From: Alphaproteobacteria bacterium
GTDB taxonomy: Bacteria; Pseudomonadota; Alphaproteobacteria; VGEJ01
Assembly: GCA_965248765.1 (NCBI GenBank)
Contig: CBDFKF010000003.1
Coordinates: 457,484 to 521,483, forward strand
DNA: 64,000 bases
Reading direction: 5' to 3'
The position numbers and the translations under genes are program-made. This document shows positions 41,251 through 51,871 of this stretch, piece after piece; within the stretch, counting starts at the first letter, position 1; every line of letters begins with the position of its first letter. The notes beneath the pieces were generated by a model that saw only the letters and a program-made list of their open reading frames with translations, was not told the origin of the DNA and ran no database searches.

Positions 41251-42066
41251 CTATAGCGTGGTACCCGGCATGGCCAACGCATGGGCAGTGAGTTCGCGGG
41301 TAACAAACTCGTAGGCCTCGTCGACCGAATCCGTGCGGAAGAAGAGATCGGTGTCGTACGGATCGATCATCCCGCGACGCGCCAGGACGTCGAAATCGAC
41401 GACCTCTGACCAGAACTCGGTACCGAACAGGACCACGGGCATCCGCTTCTTCAGCTTGAGCGTCTGGATCAGCGTCATCAGCTCGAACAGCTCATCGAGT
41501 GTGCCAAAACCGCCCGGCATCACCACGACCGCCTTGGCAAGATAGGCGAACCAGAACTTGCGCATGAAGAAGTAATGGAACTCGAAGGCGAGTTGGCGGG
41601 TCACGTAGGGGTTATCGAACTCCTCAACCGGGATCGAGATGGTGAGGCCGATGTTCAGGCCCTTGGCCTCCGAGGCGCCGCGGTTGGCCGCCTCCATGAT
41701 GCCCGGCCCGTCGCCGGTGCAGACGACGAAGCGACGGCCGCCTGATTTGAGGTTCTTCGACCACTCGGTGAAGCGCGCGGCCAGCGTCCGCGCATCCTCG
41801 TAGTAGCGCGACATCTCGAAGCGGTTCTCGGCGTGCGCAAGATCGCCGTTGCCGGCCTGGGCGTCAGCAAGCTCCGCCTCGGCGGTCTCACGTGAAGGGA
41901 TGCGGGCCGAACCGAAGAACACGATGGTGTCCTCGATCTCGTAGTGCGCGAATCGCGATTCCGGTTCCAGATACTCCGCAAGAAAGCGCAGCGGCCGGCC
42001 GTCGCGGCTGTCGAGAAAGGCGCTGTTGCGGTACGCCTTCGGCTTACGCTCAGTCGGCTCGGTCAT
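41251..42066 (-). CDS. LOG-family / TIGR00730-type Rossmann-fold nucleotide-binding protein
   Basis: VVCTGDGPGIMEAANRGA and PGGFGTLDELFE motifs. Confidence 0.75.
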   Translation of the reverse strand: MTEPTERKPKAYRNSAFLDSRDGRPLRFLAEYLEPESRFAHYEIEDTIVFFGSARIPSRETAEAELADAQAGNGDLAHAENRFEMSRYYEDARTLAARFTEWSKNLKSGGRRFVVCTGDGPGIMEAANRGASEAKGLNIGLTISIPVEEFDNPYVTRQLAFEFHYFFMRKFWFAYLAKAVVVMPGGFGTLDELFELMTLIQTLKLKKRMPVVLFGTEFWSEVVDFDVLARRGMIDPYDTDLFFRTDSVDEAYEFVTRELTAHALAMPGTTL

Positions 42067-42078
42067 GGCGCGAGAGTA

Positions 42079-45000
42079 CTATTCCGCGGGCGCAGCGACG
42101 AACTCGCCATGCTCGACCTCCATCGCACTCAGGCGGCGCGCGATATGGCCGGACGGCTTGGTGAAGCGGGCGAGCAGAAAATAGAGGATAGGTACGAGGA
42201 ACAGGCTCAAGAGAGTGGCCACGCTGATGCCGCCGATGATGACGATGCCGAGCGCGCGGCGGGACTCGGCGCCGGCGCCGGAGGCGAGCGCCAACGGCAT
42301 GGCGCCGAAGGCGGTGGCAATGGTGGTCATGAGGATCGGGCGCAGGCGGGTGACCGCCGCCTCGCTGACAGCCGAGCGGATGTCGTAGCCACGATCGCGA
42401 AGTTGGTTGGCAAACTCCACGATGAGGATCGAGTTCTTCGCGATCAGACCGATCAGCATGATTATCCCGATCTGGGTATAGACGTTGAGCGAGAGATCGG
42501 TCAGCAACATTGCTCCGAACGCACCGGTCACGGCAAGCGGCACCGCCAGCATGATGATAAGCGGGTGCATGAAGCTCTCGAACTGCGCGGCGAGCGCCAG
42601 GAACACGATCAGAAGCGCGAGCCCGAAGGTCACATAGAGCGCCGTGGTCGACCGCTTGAACTCGCGCGATTCGCCTTGGTAGGTGACCCGCGCCTCGGGC
42701 GGCATCACATCCGCGGCGACCTGATCGAGATAGGCGACCGCATCACCGATCGGGTAGCCCGGCGCCAGCGAGGCCGAGACCGTGACGGCGCGCAGGCGGT
42801 CGACGCGCTTGAGCTCGCGGGCGCCAGCCGCCTCCTCGAACGTGACGAGGTTCGAGAGCGGGATCAGCCGGCCCGTCGTCTGCGAACGCACATAGAGGCG
42901 GTGGAGGTCGTCGGGGTTGGCGCGATCCTCGGCCCGCGCCTGTAGCACGACGTTGTACTCCTTGCCCCCGCGCACGAAGGTCGTGACGAAGCGCGCGCCG
43001 AGCAGCACTTCGAGCGTGCGCCCTATCTCCTCGATCGAGATGCCGAGATCGCCGGCACGGTTGCGGTCGATCTCCACCTTGAGCTCGGGGCGAGTCTCCT
43101 TGTAGTCCAGGTCAACATTGATCAAGCTCGGATTCTCCGCCCGCGCTCTGTCGACAATGCGCCCACCCCACTCGGCGAGCACCTCATAGGTCGGGCCGCC
43201 TATCACCATCTGGATCGGCGCGCTGAAAAAGCGCTGGCCGAGGCTTGCTGGATTGATCGCGTAGGCGCGCACCCCGGGCACCGCGACGAGCTTCGGGAAG
43301 ATCTCACCCACCACCGCCTGTTGGCTGATCTCCCGATCGCCCCAATCCTTGAGGCGCACGAGCGAGAACGCAGAGTTGACCTGGCCGGGGCGACCGAACG
43401 AGGGCGCCAGGATGGTGAAAATACGAACCGCGTCGCCGCGGTCACGAAGCGGCTGAAGCGCTTCCTCGATTTCGAGAACGTAGCGCCGGGTGTACTCGAG
43501 GCTCGCACCCTCAGGTGCCAAGATCGGGATGAAGATCACGCCACGATCCTCGACCGGCGCGAACTCTCGCGGTAGCCGCTGAAACAGCTCATACGCGAGG
43601 CCCGAGACCGCGATACCGATGGCCAGGACCACGATTGGCATGTTGAGCGAGCGCGCCACGAGCCACCCATAACCCCGGTGCATCGCCGCAAAACCGATCT
43701 CCGTCAGTCGGTATAGGACCGCCTCCTCGCGCGCCGGGCGCAACAGCTTCGAGCACATCATCGGCGTGAGAGTGAGTGCCACGAGCGAGGAAAAGATGAC
43801 GGCGGCCGCTACCGCGATGCCGAACTCGCGGAACAGGCGCCCGGTGTTGCCCTCCATGAACGAGATCGGCACGAACACCGCCACCAGCACGATCGTGGTG
43901 GCGATTACGGCGAACGCGATCTGCCGCGCCCCGCGCACCGCCGCCAGGAGCGGCGGCTCACCGCGCTCGATGCGACGGTGGATGTTCTCCAACACCACGA
44001 TCGCATCGTCGACGACCAAACCGATGGCCAGCACCATCGCGAGCAGAGTCAGGACGTTGATCGAGTACCCCAGCGCGGCAAGCACCATGAACGAGGCGAT
44101 CACCGAGACCGGGATCGCCATCACCGGGATCAGCGTCGCACGGAACGAGCGTAAGAAAACGAAGATGACCGCAAGCACCAGTGTGAGCGCTATCCCGATG
44201 GCGACGAAGACCTCCTGGATCGACTGACGGATAAAGATGGATTGGTCGTAGGAGACATCGAGCGCCATCCCTTCGGGCAAGGTCGGCCGAAGGCGCTCGA
44301 CCTCATCGGCGATGCCGTTGGCGACATCGAGGGTGTTGGCCTTCGACTGCTTAACGATGCCGAGGCCCACCGCGTTCTGGCCGTTGGCGCGGAGCTCGCT
44401 CCGCACATCCTCAGGCCCAAGCTCCACGCGGGCGATCTCGCCAAGACGTACGAGATAGTCATTGCCCTGTTTGACCACCACGTCGCGGAACTCCTCGGGC
44501 GTCTTCAGCGCTGACTCGGTACGCACCGAGACCTCTCGCCGGATCGATTCGATGCGCCCCGACGGCAGCTCGACGTTTTGTCTGCGAAGCGCCGTCTCGA
44601 CATCTTGGGCGGTGAGCTCCCGCGCTGCCATAGCGGCGGCGTCGAGCCAAATGCGCATGGCGTAGCGGCGGCCGGCGCCGACCCGGACTCGGGCCACACC
44701 AGAGACCGTCGACAGCGGATCGACCAGGAATCGCTCGGCGTAGTCGGTCAGCTCGAGCTGACTCAATCGATCGCTCGTCATCGCCACCCAAATGATGGCG
44801 CGAGCATCCGAATCTGTCTTGGCCACCCGTGGAATCTCAGCTTCCTCCGGCAGGCGGCCGATCGCCCGTGCGACACGGTCGCGCACATCGTTGGCAGCCC
44901 CGTCGATATCGCGGTTGATCTTGAACTCGATACTGACCGACGACGACTCCTCGCGACTGTTCGAGGTGATGGTGTCGATTCCCTCGATGCCGGCAATCGC

Positions 45001-45207
45001 CTCCTCGATGATCTGCGTCACCTGGGTCTCGATGATCTGTGACGAAGCGCCACGGTACGTGGTGTTGACCGAAACCACCGGCTTGTCGATGTCGGGGTAC
45101 TCCCGCACCGTGAGCTGATCGAAGGCGAATAGTCCGAAAATCAGGAGGACCGCGCTCAAGACCGTCGCCAGCACCGGTCGGCGGATGGAGACGTCGGAGA
45201 GGATCAT
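42079..45207 (-). CDS. RND efflux transporter permease (AcrB/AcrD/AcrF family)
   Basis: ~1040 aa, 12 TM, two large periplasmic loops, conserved RND motifs. Confidence 0.9.
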   Translation of the reverse strand: MILSDVSIRRPVLATVLSAVLLIFGLFAFDQLTVREYPDIDKPVVSVNTTYRGASSQIIETQVTQIIEEAIAGIEGIDTITSNSREESSSVSIEFKINRDIDGAANDVRDRVARAIGRLPEEAEIPRVAKTDSDARAIIWVAMTSDRLSQLELTDYAERFLVDPLSTVSGVARVRVGAGRRYAMRIWLDAAAMAARELTAQDVETALRRQNVELPSGRIESIRREVSVRTESALKTPEEFRDVVVKQGNDYLVRLGEIARVELGPEDVRSELRANGQNAVGLGIVKQSKANTLDVANGIADEVERLRPTLPEGMALDVSYDQSIFIRQSIQEVFVAIGIALTLVLAVIFVFLRSFRATLIPVMAIPVSVIASFMVLAALGYSINVLTLLAMVLAIGLVVDDAIVVLENIHRRIERGEPPLLAAVRGARQIAFAVIATTIVLVAVFVPISFMEGNTGRLFREFGIAVAAAVIFSSLVALTLTPMMCSKLLRPAREEAVLYRLTEIGFAAMHRGYGWLVARSLNMPIVVLAIGIAVSGLAYELFQRLPREFAPVEDRGVIFIPILAPEGASLEYTRRYVLEIEEALQPLRDRGDAVRIFTILAPSFGRPGQVNSAFSLVRLKDWGDREISQQAVVGEIFPKLVAVPGVRAYAINPASLGQRFFSAPIQMVIGGPTYEVLAEWGGRIVDRARAENPSLINVDLDYKETRPELKVEIDRNRAGDLGISIEEIGRTLEVLLGARFVTTFVRGGKEYNVVLQARAEDRANPDDLHRLYVRSQTTGRLIPLSNLVTFEEAAGARELKRVDRLRAVTVSASLAPGYPIGDAVAYLDQVAADVMPPEARVTYQGESREFKRSTTALYVTFGLALLIVFLALAAQFESFMHPLIIMLAVPLAVTGAFGAMLLTDLSLNVYTQIGIIMLIGLIAKNSILIVEFANQLRDRGYDIRSAVSEAAVTRLRPILMTTIATAFGAMPLALASGAGAESRRALGIVIIGGISVATLLSLFLVPILYFLLARFTKPSGHIARRLSAMEVEHGEFVAAPAE

Positions 45208-46307
45208 CCTTCGCTCTCGCCAGCCTCCGGGCCGGACTCAGCCGGATTGACCACCTGGATCGGCGAGCCGTCGCGCACTTTCTGCACGCCACCGATAATG
45301 ACGTCGATGCCGGGTGCGAGGCCTGAGGAGACCTCTACCTTGCCGCCGCGATGCACGCCGATCTCGACCGGCGTGCGCACCGCCATCCCTTCGATCACGG
45401 CGAACACGTACTGGCTATCGCCGCTGCTGATGATCGCCTCTTCCGGGATCAGCACCGCGTCCTCGCGGCGCGAGACCACCAGCGTTGCGGACAGGAACAT
45501 GCCGGGCTTGAGAAGGTCGTCGGGATTGGGCAGAACGGTGCGTACCTGGACGGAGCGGGTGTCGGTATCGATTCGCGAATCGATGGTCTCGACCCGGCCC
45601 TCGAAGCGACGGTCAGGGTAGGCAATACTGCGCGCCTCGACGGTCTGCCCGACCTCGACGGCGGCAAGCGCGGTCTCCGGCACACGGAAGTCGACCTTGA
45701 TCCGGGTGGTGTCGTCGAGCGTGGTGATCTCATCGCCTGGCCGAATGAGAGTGCCAACACTGATCCGGCGCAGGCCGAGTCGTCCGGAGAACGGTGCGTC
45801 GACACGATAGTCCGCGAGCATCAGCTCGCGCGCACGCACCCGCGCCTCGCTGGTCTGCACCTCAGCGTCAAGCTCATCGAGGCGCGAGGCCGAGACATTG
45901 CCGCTCTCGCGGAGCTTGCGCGCGCGATCATGGAGCCGACGGGCGATGTCGAGCTCGGCGCACATCTCCTCGAACTCGGCGTGCATGGCGCCAGCATCGA
46001 GCTCGACCAGAACAATGCCCTTCTCCACCCATTGCCCTTCGCGAAAGCTGATGCTGGTGACGATGCCGGAGACCGAGGAGGTAAGACTAACCGCCTCGTA
46101 GGCCCGCGCGGTTCCGACTGCCTCCACCGACGTCGTGACCTCGCCGGTTGCTGCGGTCGCCACCTCCACCAGCACGGCCTGGTCGCCGCCGCCGCGGGCA
46201 GCCTGGGCACCATCACCGTCAGGAAACAGTTGGTCGCGGTAGTGCCACGCACCGGCGGCACCCGCAGCCAGTACAGCGACGACAACAATTTGCGATATGG
46301 CTCTCAT
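45204..46307 (-). CDS. RND efflux periplasmic adaptor (membrane fusion protein)
   Basis: Signal/anchor, coiled-coil hairpin, beta-barrel segments; 4 bp overlap with permease gene. Confidence 0.85.
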   Translation of the reverse strand: MRAISQIVVVAVLAAGAAGAWHYRDQLFPDGDGAQAARGGGDQAVLVEVATAATGEVTTSVEAVGTARAYEAVSLTSSVSGIVTSISFREGQWVEKGIVLVELDAGAMHAEFEEMCAELDIARRLHDRARKLRESGNVSASRLDELDAEVQTSEARVRARELMLADYRVDAPFSGRLGLRRISVGTLIRPGDEITTLDDTTRIKVDFRVPETALAAVEVGQTVEARSIAYPDRRFEGRVETIDSRIDTDTRSVQVRTVLPNPDDLLKPGMFLSATLVVSRREDAVLIPEEAIISSGDSQYVFAVIEGMAVRTPVEIGVHRGGKVEVSSGLAPGIDVIIGGVQKVRDGSPIQVVNPAESGPEAGESEG

Positions 46308-46419
46308 GGCGGAACAGGCTCAAACGCCCAGCGGCGCGCGCTGCTCTGAGGGTAGCATTTCTCGGCTAAACCGTGGACAGTGCCCAACCTCAGCGCCCAT
46401 CACAACTCTGTCACCCGCC

Positions 46420-47346
46420 ATGACAACCCTTTATTACAGCCATCCGGCGTTTCTCGATCATGACACCGGCCCCGGACATCCCGAACGGGCCGAACGCCTG
46501 AGCGCCGTTGAAGCAGCGCTCGCCGGGCCAGCCTTCGCCGCCCTCGAGCGACGCGAGCCGCCCAAGGCCGAGATCGAGCAGCTCGCCCGGGTACATCCCG
46601 AGGAGCACGTACGGGCAGTGCTCGATGCCGTCCCCGAATCGGGTCATGTGCGGCTCGATCCCGACACGGTGATGTCGCCCGGATCGGGTGAAGCAGCGCT
46701 GCGCGCGGCCGGGGCGCTGGTGGCGGCTGTGGATGCGGTCGCCGGAGGCGAGGCGACAAATGCCTTCTGCGCGGTTCGCCCATGTGGCCACCACGCCGAG
46801 CCGGCACGGCCCATGGGGTTCTGTATCTTCAACAATGTCGCCATCGGCGCCTTGCACGCGCGCGAAAACCACGGCCAGAAGCGGGTGGCGGTAGTCGATT
46901 TCGACGTCCACCACGGCAATGGTACGCAGGCCTCGTTCGCCGAGGACGCAGCGCTGTTCTTCGCTTCGTCGCACCAGTACCCCTTCTACCCGGGCACCGG
47001 CGCCCGCTCGGAGAGGGGCGTCGGCAATATCTTCAACGAGCCGTTGGCAGCGGGCGCGGGTTCGGACGAGTTCCGCGCCGCCTGGGGCGATCGCCTGCTG
47101 CCGGCGCTCGAGACGTTCGGTCCAGACTTCCTCCTGATCTCGGCCGGCTTCGACGCCCACGCCGACGACCCGCTGGCCGGCCTCAATCTCACCGATAACG
47201 ACTTCGCGTGGGTGACGCGGGAGCTGCTCGGCATCGCTGGCCGGGTCTGCGGCGGCCGCGTGGTGTCGGTGACCGAGGGTGGCTATGACCTGGACGCCCT
47301 TGCGCGCTGCGCCGCGATCCACGTCTCCGGACTGATGCCTGCCTAG
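46420..47346 (+). CDS. histone deacetylase-family protein (AcuC/Aph-like)
   Basis: ...FCAVRPCGHHAEP...VVDFDVHHGNGTQ...GGYDLDAL... arginase/deacetylase fold motifs. Confidence 0.8.
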   Translation: MTTLYYSHPAFLDHDTGPGHPERAERLSAVEAALAGPAFAALERREPPKAEIEQLARVHPEEHVRAVLDAVPESGHVRLDPDTVMSPGSGEAALRAAGALVAAVDAVAGGEATNAFCAVRPCGHHAEPARPMGFCIFNNVAIGALHARENHGQKRVAVVDFDVHHGNGTQASFAEDAALFFASSHQYPFYPGTGARSERGVGNIFNEPLAAGAGSDEFRAAWGDRLLPALETFGPDFLLISAGFDAHADDPLAGLNLTDNDFAWVTRELLGIAGRVCGGRVVSVTEGGYDLDALARCAAIHVSGLMPA

Positions 47347-47434
47347 CATCTGACTGTCACGCCTCGCCCCTAGCGAACGGGCGAGTGCCTCCCATATATG
47401 AACGAGCGCTTCGATGTGAACTGGGAGGCTAGTT

Positions 47435-47788
47435 GTGGACGAGATCAACCGGGAGCATCTGACCAAAGGCAGCACCTGGCGGCGGGCCATCTACATGGTC
47501 CTGTTTGCTGTGATCTACCGTATCACCGAGTTTGTGCTGTTCGCAGTCGTGGTCATTCAGTTCCTGTTCAAGCTGTTGACGGGCCGCGCCAACGAACAAC
47601 TGCGCACGGCGGGCCAGAATCTCGGCGCCTACATCCGCGAAATGGTGCTGTTCCTCACCTTCGCGACCGAGGACATGCCCTACCCCTTCGGTCCCTGGCC
47701 CAGCGCTGGCGCCGTCGTGGCCAAGCCAAGCGGCACCGGCCGGCGCCGTCCCAAGGGTCCGCCAGCCAGCCAGACGAGCAACGCCTAG
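47435..47788 (+). CDS. DUF4389 domain membrane protein
   Basis: GTG start after GGGAGG; ...YRITEFVLFAVVVIQFLFKLLTG...EDMPYPFGPWP conserved block. Confidence 0.55.
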   Translation: MDEINREHLTKGSTWRRAIYMVLFAVIYRITEFVLFAVVVIQFLFKLLTGRANEQLRTAGQNLGAYIREMVLFLTFATEDMPYPFGPWPSAGAVVAKPSGTGRRRPKGPPASQTSNA

Positions 47789-47809
47789 CCGATACCCAGA
47801 GCGCCCACC

Positions 47810-47836
47810 GCGACCGCCCGAGTCGGGGGCGGTCGC
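47810..47836 (+). terminator. GC-rich hairpin (gcgaccgccc/gggcggtcgc, 10 bp stem) downstream of DUF4389 gene; no U-tract
   Basis: Inverted repeat read directly, 22 nt after stop. Confidence 0.35.
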
Positions 47837-47897
47837 GAGCCGGCGAGCACCAGTTGCCTCGCGCCGTGCCGCGCCCTAGAGTGCAGCGGGGCCGAGG

Positions 47898-48170
47898 ATG
47901 GGTAGCGACGACGGTTCGGCAGAACGGGGGGACATCCCCCGCGAAATCCAAGAGATGAGCTTCGAACACGCGCGCGAGGCCCTTGAGGCCATAATTGCGC
48001 GTCTCGAAGCGGGCGATGTGAACCTCGACGAATCGATCGAGATCTACAGCCGCGGAACGCAACTGCTGCGCCATTGTGAAGCCAAGCTCAAAGGTGCGCA
48101 GGAGCGCGTGGAGAAGATCGTCGCTGGCCCCGACGGCACGGTGACCGCCGAGCCGACCAAGCTTGAGTGA
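47898..48170 (+). CDS. xseB: exodeoxyribonuclease VII small subunit (start may be 47958)
   Basis: MSFEHAREALEAIIARLEAGDVNLDESIEIYSRGTQLLRHCEAKL is the XseB signature. Confidence 0.8.
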   Translation: MGSDDGSAERGDIPREIQEMSFEHAREALEAIIARLEAGDVNLDESIEIYSRGTQLLRHCEAKLKGAQERVEKIVAGPDGTVTAEPTKLE

Positions 48171-49065
48171 GACGAGTGTGGCCTCGTTCGCGGACGTCCT
48201 CGGCGAAACCGCCGAATCGGTTGACGAGGTAATGCGGCGGCTCCTGCCGGACCCCGATGGCCCGGAAGCACGGCTATTGGAGGCCATGGCCTACTCGACA
48301 CTGGCCGGAGGCAAGCGTTTGCGTCCGTTTCTGGTCGCCGCGAGTGCCGATATGTTCGGTGTCGCCAGGAGCAGCTCGCTACGGGTCGGAGCCGCGGTCG
48401 AGATGATTCATACCTACTCGTTGGTTCATGACGATCTTCCGTGCATGGACGACGACGACGTGCGGCGCGGCAAACCGTCGCTCCATGTCGCGTTCGACGA
48501 GGCCACCGCGATCCTCGCCGGCGATGCCCTGCAGGCGCGCGCCTTCGAAGTGCTGGCCTCCACCGAGACCCACCCCAATCCGGCCGTGTGTTGCGAGCTC
48601 GTACGCTCACTTGCGGGGGCCTGCGGCTGTCACGGCATGGTCGGCGGCCAGATGATCGACCTCGAGGCGGAGCACGAGACCCTCAACGCAAGCGAGATCA
48701 CCCGGCTCCAACAGCTCAAGACCGGAGCCCTCATCGCCTTTTGCTGCGAGGCGGGCGCAATCCTGGGCAAAGGTGCGATGACGCTGCGCCAAGCGTTGCA
48801 CCAGTTCGCCCATGACCTGGGACTCGCGTTCCAGATCACCGACGACCTTCTAGACGCCGAAGGCGACGGCGAAACGCTCGGCAAGCGCGTCCGCAAGGAC
48901 AGTGGGCTCGGGAAGGCCACGTTGGTCTCGGTCCTCGGACCGGAGCGGGCACGGACCCAGGCCGACATGTTGGCGCGCCAAGCCAGCGCTCACCTTGATC
49001 CGTTCGGGGAAAAGGCAGACATTATGCGCGGTGCCGCCGACTTCGTGATCAACCGAGACCGCTAG
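48163..49065 (+). CDS. ispA: polyprenyl synthetase (farnesyl/geranyl diphosphate synthase)
   Basis: [17 protein letters not shown] (FARM) and FQITDDLLD (SARM) motifs. Confidence 0.85.
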   Translation: MSETSVASFADVLGETAESVDEVMRRLLPDPDGPEARLLEAMAYSTLAGGKRLRPFLVAASADMFGVARSSSLRVGAAVEMIHTYSLVHDDLPCMDDDDVRRGKPSLHVAFDEATAILAGDALQARAFEVLASTETHPNPAVCCELVRSLAGACGCHGMVGGQMIDLEAEHETLNASEITRLQQLKTGALIAFCCEAGAILGKGAMTLRQALHQFAHDLGLAFQITDDLLDAEGDGETLGKRVRKDSGLGKATLVSVLGPERARTQADMLARQASAHLDPFGEKADIMRGAADFVINRDR

Positions 49066-49093
49066 ACCCGCGCCTCCCGCGAAGGAGACCCCG

Positions 49094-51010
49094 TTGAGCA
49101 ACAGCCGCGCGACCCCGCTTCTCGACACGGTCAACCATCCAGCAGACCTGCGGAACATCCCGGCCGACCAGCTGCGCAAACTGGCGGACGAACTGCGGAG
49201 CGAGATGATCGATGCGGTGTCGCTGACCGGTGGGCACCTCGGCGCAGGCCTCGGCGTCGTGGAGCTGACGGTTGCCCTTCATTACATTTTCGATACGCCG
49301 CGCGACCGCCTGGTCTGGGACGTCGGACATCAGGCCTATCCCCACAAGATCCTCACCGGCCGCCGCGACCGTATCCGCACACTACGCCAAGGCGGCGGCC
49401 TGTCCGGCTTTACCAAGCGCGCGGAAAGCGAATACGACCCGTTCGGCGCGGCCCACGCTTCGACTTCGATCTCCGCCGGCCTCGGTATGGCCGTCGGCCG
49501 CGACCTCGAGGGCGCCAAAAGCAATGTGGTCTGCGTCATCGGCGATGGAGCGATGACCGCTGGGATGGCCTTCGAAGCCATGAACAACGCCGGCTCGTTG
49601 CGAAGCCGGCTGATCGTCATCCTCAATGACAACGACATGTCGATTGCGCCACCCGTGGGCGCCATGAGCGCATATCTCTCGCGGTTGATCTCCTCGCGCT
49701 CCTATCGCGGGCTGCGCGAGATCGCCAAACAGCTCGCCAAGCGCCTGCCTGAACCGATCGAGCGAACGGCGAGGCGGGCCGAGGAGTATGCGCGCGGGAT
49801 GGCCACAGGGGGCACTCTGTTCGAGGAGCTCGGCTTCTATTACGTCGGCCCGATCGACGGCCACGACTTCGACCACCTGCTGCCGGTGCTGCGTAACGTG
49901 CGAGATTCGAACAATGACGGCCCCGTGCTTGTGCATGCGGTGACGCACAAGGGGCATGGCTACCCACCGGCCGAGGCCTCGGCCGACAAATACCACGGCG
50001 TCAGCAAGTTCGACATCGTCACCGGCGCCCAGGCCAAGTCCAAGGCGGCGGCGCCCAGCTACACCACGGTGTTCGCCCAAGCGCTGATCGCGGAAGCAGA
50101 GCACGACGACAAGATCGTCGGCATCACCGCCGCGATGCCGTCAGGAACCGGCATCAACCTGTTCGCCGAGCGGTTCCCCGAACGGAGCTTCGACGTCGGG
50201 ATCGCCGAGCAACACGCGGTGACGTTTGCGGCCGGACTGTGCACCGAGGGCTACAAGCCGTTCGCGGCGATCTACTCGACCTTCCTTCAGCGCGCCTACG
50301 ACCAGGTCGTGCACGATGTAGCTATCCAAAGACTGCCTGTTCGCTTCGCGATCGATCGCGCCGGCCTTGTCGGCGCCGACGGACCGACCCATGCCGGCGC
50401 CTTCGACATCGCCTATCTCGGGACGCTGCCAGGCTTCGTCATCATGGCGGCGGCTGACGAGGTTGAGCTTATGCATATGGTGGCGACGGCTGCCGCGATC
50501 GACGACCGGCCGTCCGCGGTACGCTACCCGCGCGGCGAAGGGACTGGCGTGCTGTTGCCCGAGCGCGGCGTGCCCCTCGAGATCGGCAGGGGGCGGATCA
50601 TCCGGGAAGGCAGCACGGTGGCCGTCCTGAGCTTAGGCGCCCGATTGGCGGAGTGCCTCAAGGCCGCCGATGAGCTGGGCCAGCGCGGTCTCTCGACGAC
50701 GGTAGCGGATGCGAGGTTCGCCAAGCCCCTCGACGAAGAGCTGGTGCGCCGACTCGCGGCTGAGCACGAAGTCCTCATCACCGTCGAGGAGGGCGCGGTT
50801 GGCGGCTTTGCGAGCTATGTCCTCGACTTCCTCGCCCGCAACGACCTTCTGGAGACCGGCCTCCGAGTCCGACCGATGGTATTGCCCGATGTGTTCGTCG
50901 ACCAGGACAGCCCCGCTCGCATGTACGAGGTGGCCGGGCTGAATGCGCAGCACATCGTGGCGACGGCGCTAGCGGCCCTGGATAAGGCCTCCGAGCGCGC
51001 CCGCGCCTGA
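49094..51010 (+). CDS. dxs: 1-deoxy-D-xylulose-5-phosphate synthase
   Basis: [14 protein letters not shown]..., [21 protein letters not shown] motif, classic xseB-ispA-dxs order. Confidence 0.95.
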   Translation: MSNSRATPLLDTVNHPADLRNIPADQLRKLADELRSEMIDAVSLTGGHLGAGLGVVELTVALHYIFDTPRDRLVWDVGHQAYPHKILTGRRDRIRTLRQGGGLSGFTKRAESEYDPFGAAHASTSISAGLGMAVGRDLEGAKSNVVCVIGDGAMTAGMAFEAMNNAGSLRSRLIVILNDNDMSIAPPVGAMSAYLSRLISSRSYRGLREIAKQLAKRLPEPIERTARRAEEYARGMATGGTLFEELGFYYVGPIDGHDFDHLLPVLRNVRDSNNDGPVLVHAVTHKGHGYPPAEASADKYHGVSKFDIVTGAQAKSKAAAPSYTTVFAQALIAEAEHDDKIVGITAAMPSGTGINLFAERFPERSFDVGIAEQHAVTFAAGLCTEGYKPFAAIYSTFLQRAYDQVVHDVAIQRLPVRFAIDRAGLVGADGPTHAGAFDIAYLGTLPGFVIMAAADEVELMHMVATAAAIDDRPSAVRYPRGEGTGVLLPERGVPLEIGRGRIIREGSTVAVLSLGARLAECLKAADELGQRGLSTTVADARFAKPLDEELVRRLAAEHEVLITVEEGAVGGFASYVLDFLARNDLLETGLRVRPMVLPDVFVDQDSPARMYEVAGLNAQHIVATALAALDKASERARA

Positions 51011-51013
51011 TCC

Positions 51014-51790
51014 ATGGCCACTGCGGCGCCCAAGCCAGCGCCTCACCACTGTCACAAGCCGCGGCTCGATCAGCTGTTGGTCGCACGCGGACTGGCCGAG
51101 AGCGGGACGCGCGCGCGTGCCCTGATCATGGCAGGCCTGGTGTTCTCGGGTGAGCACCGGCTCGACAAGCCAGGTCACCGCGTTGCATCCGAGACGGCCC
51201 TCGAGATCCGCGGGCGCGACCACCCCTGGGTCAGCCGCGGCGGCATCAAGCTCGACCACGCGCTAACCCATTTCGGAATCGAGGTGCGGGATCGTGTCGC
51301 ACTCGACGTCGGCAGCTCGACCGGCGGCTTCACCGACGTTCTGCTGACGCGCGGGGCAAAGCGGGTGTTCGCGGTCGATGTCGGCCACGGCCAGCTCGCC
51401 TGGAAACTCCGCAACGACCCACGCGTTGTCGTGCGCGAGCAGACCAATGCGCGTTATTTGAGCGCCAAGGAAATACCTGAGCCGGTCGATCTGATCACCT
51501 GCGATGCAAGCTTCATCGGGCTGCGCACGGTCTTGCCGGCAGCATTTGCGCTCGCCGCCACGGGCGCCCACCTGGTCGCCTTGATCAAGCCGCAGTTCGA
51601 GGTCGGGCCCGCGGCGGTCGATCGCGGTGGCGTGGTGCGCGAGACGGCTGAACAGGAACGTGTGTGCGAGGAGATCCGCGAGTGGCTCGCCCGGCACGCG
51701 CTCTGGTCCGTGCTCGGCATGGTCGAGAGTCCGATCACCGGCCCAAAGGGCAATCGTGAATTCCTGATCGCCGCTACGCGGAGCCCGTAA
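51014..51790 (+). CDS. tlyA: TlyA-family rRNA 2'-O-methyltransferase
   Basis: S4 domain (RLDQLLVARGLAESGTRARALIMAG) plus FtsJ-like MTase (DVGSSTGGFTDVLL). Confidence 0.85.
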   Translation: MATAAPKPAPHHCHKPRLDQLLVARGLAESGTRARALIMAGLVFSGEHRLDKPGHRVASETALEIRGRDHPWVSRGGIKLDHALTHFGIEVRDRVALDVGSSTGGFTDVLLTRGAKRVFAVDVGHGQLAWKLRNDPRVVVREQTNARYLSAKEIPEPVDLITCDASFIGLRTVLPAAFALAATGAHLVALIKPQFEVGPAAVDRGGVVRETAEQERVCEEIREWLARHALWSVLGMVESPITGPKGNREFLIAATRSP

Positions 51791-51871
51791 CGCCGCTTCA
51801 AAACGGCAGGGTCACGCGAGTTGATGGACTCGCCCAGGCGACTTTCCTAGACTTCCTGCCCCCACGATCAC

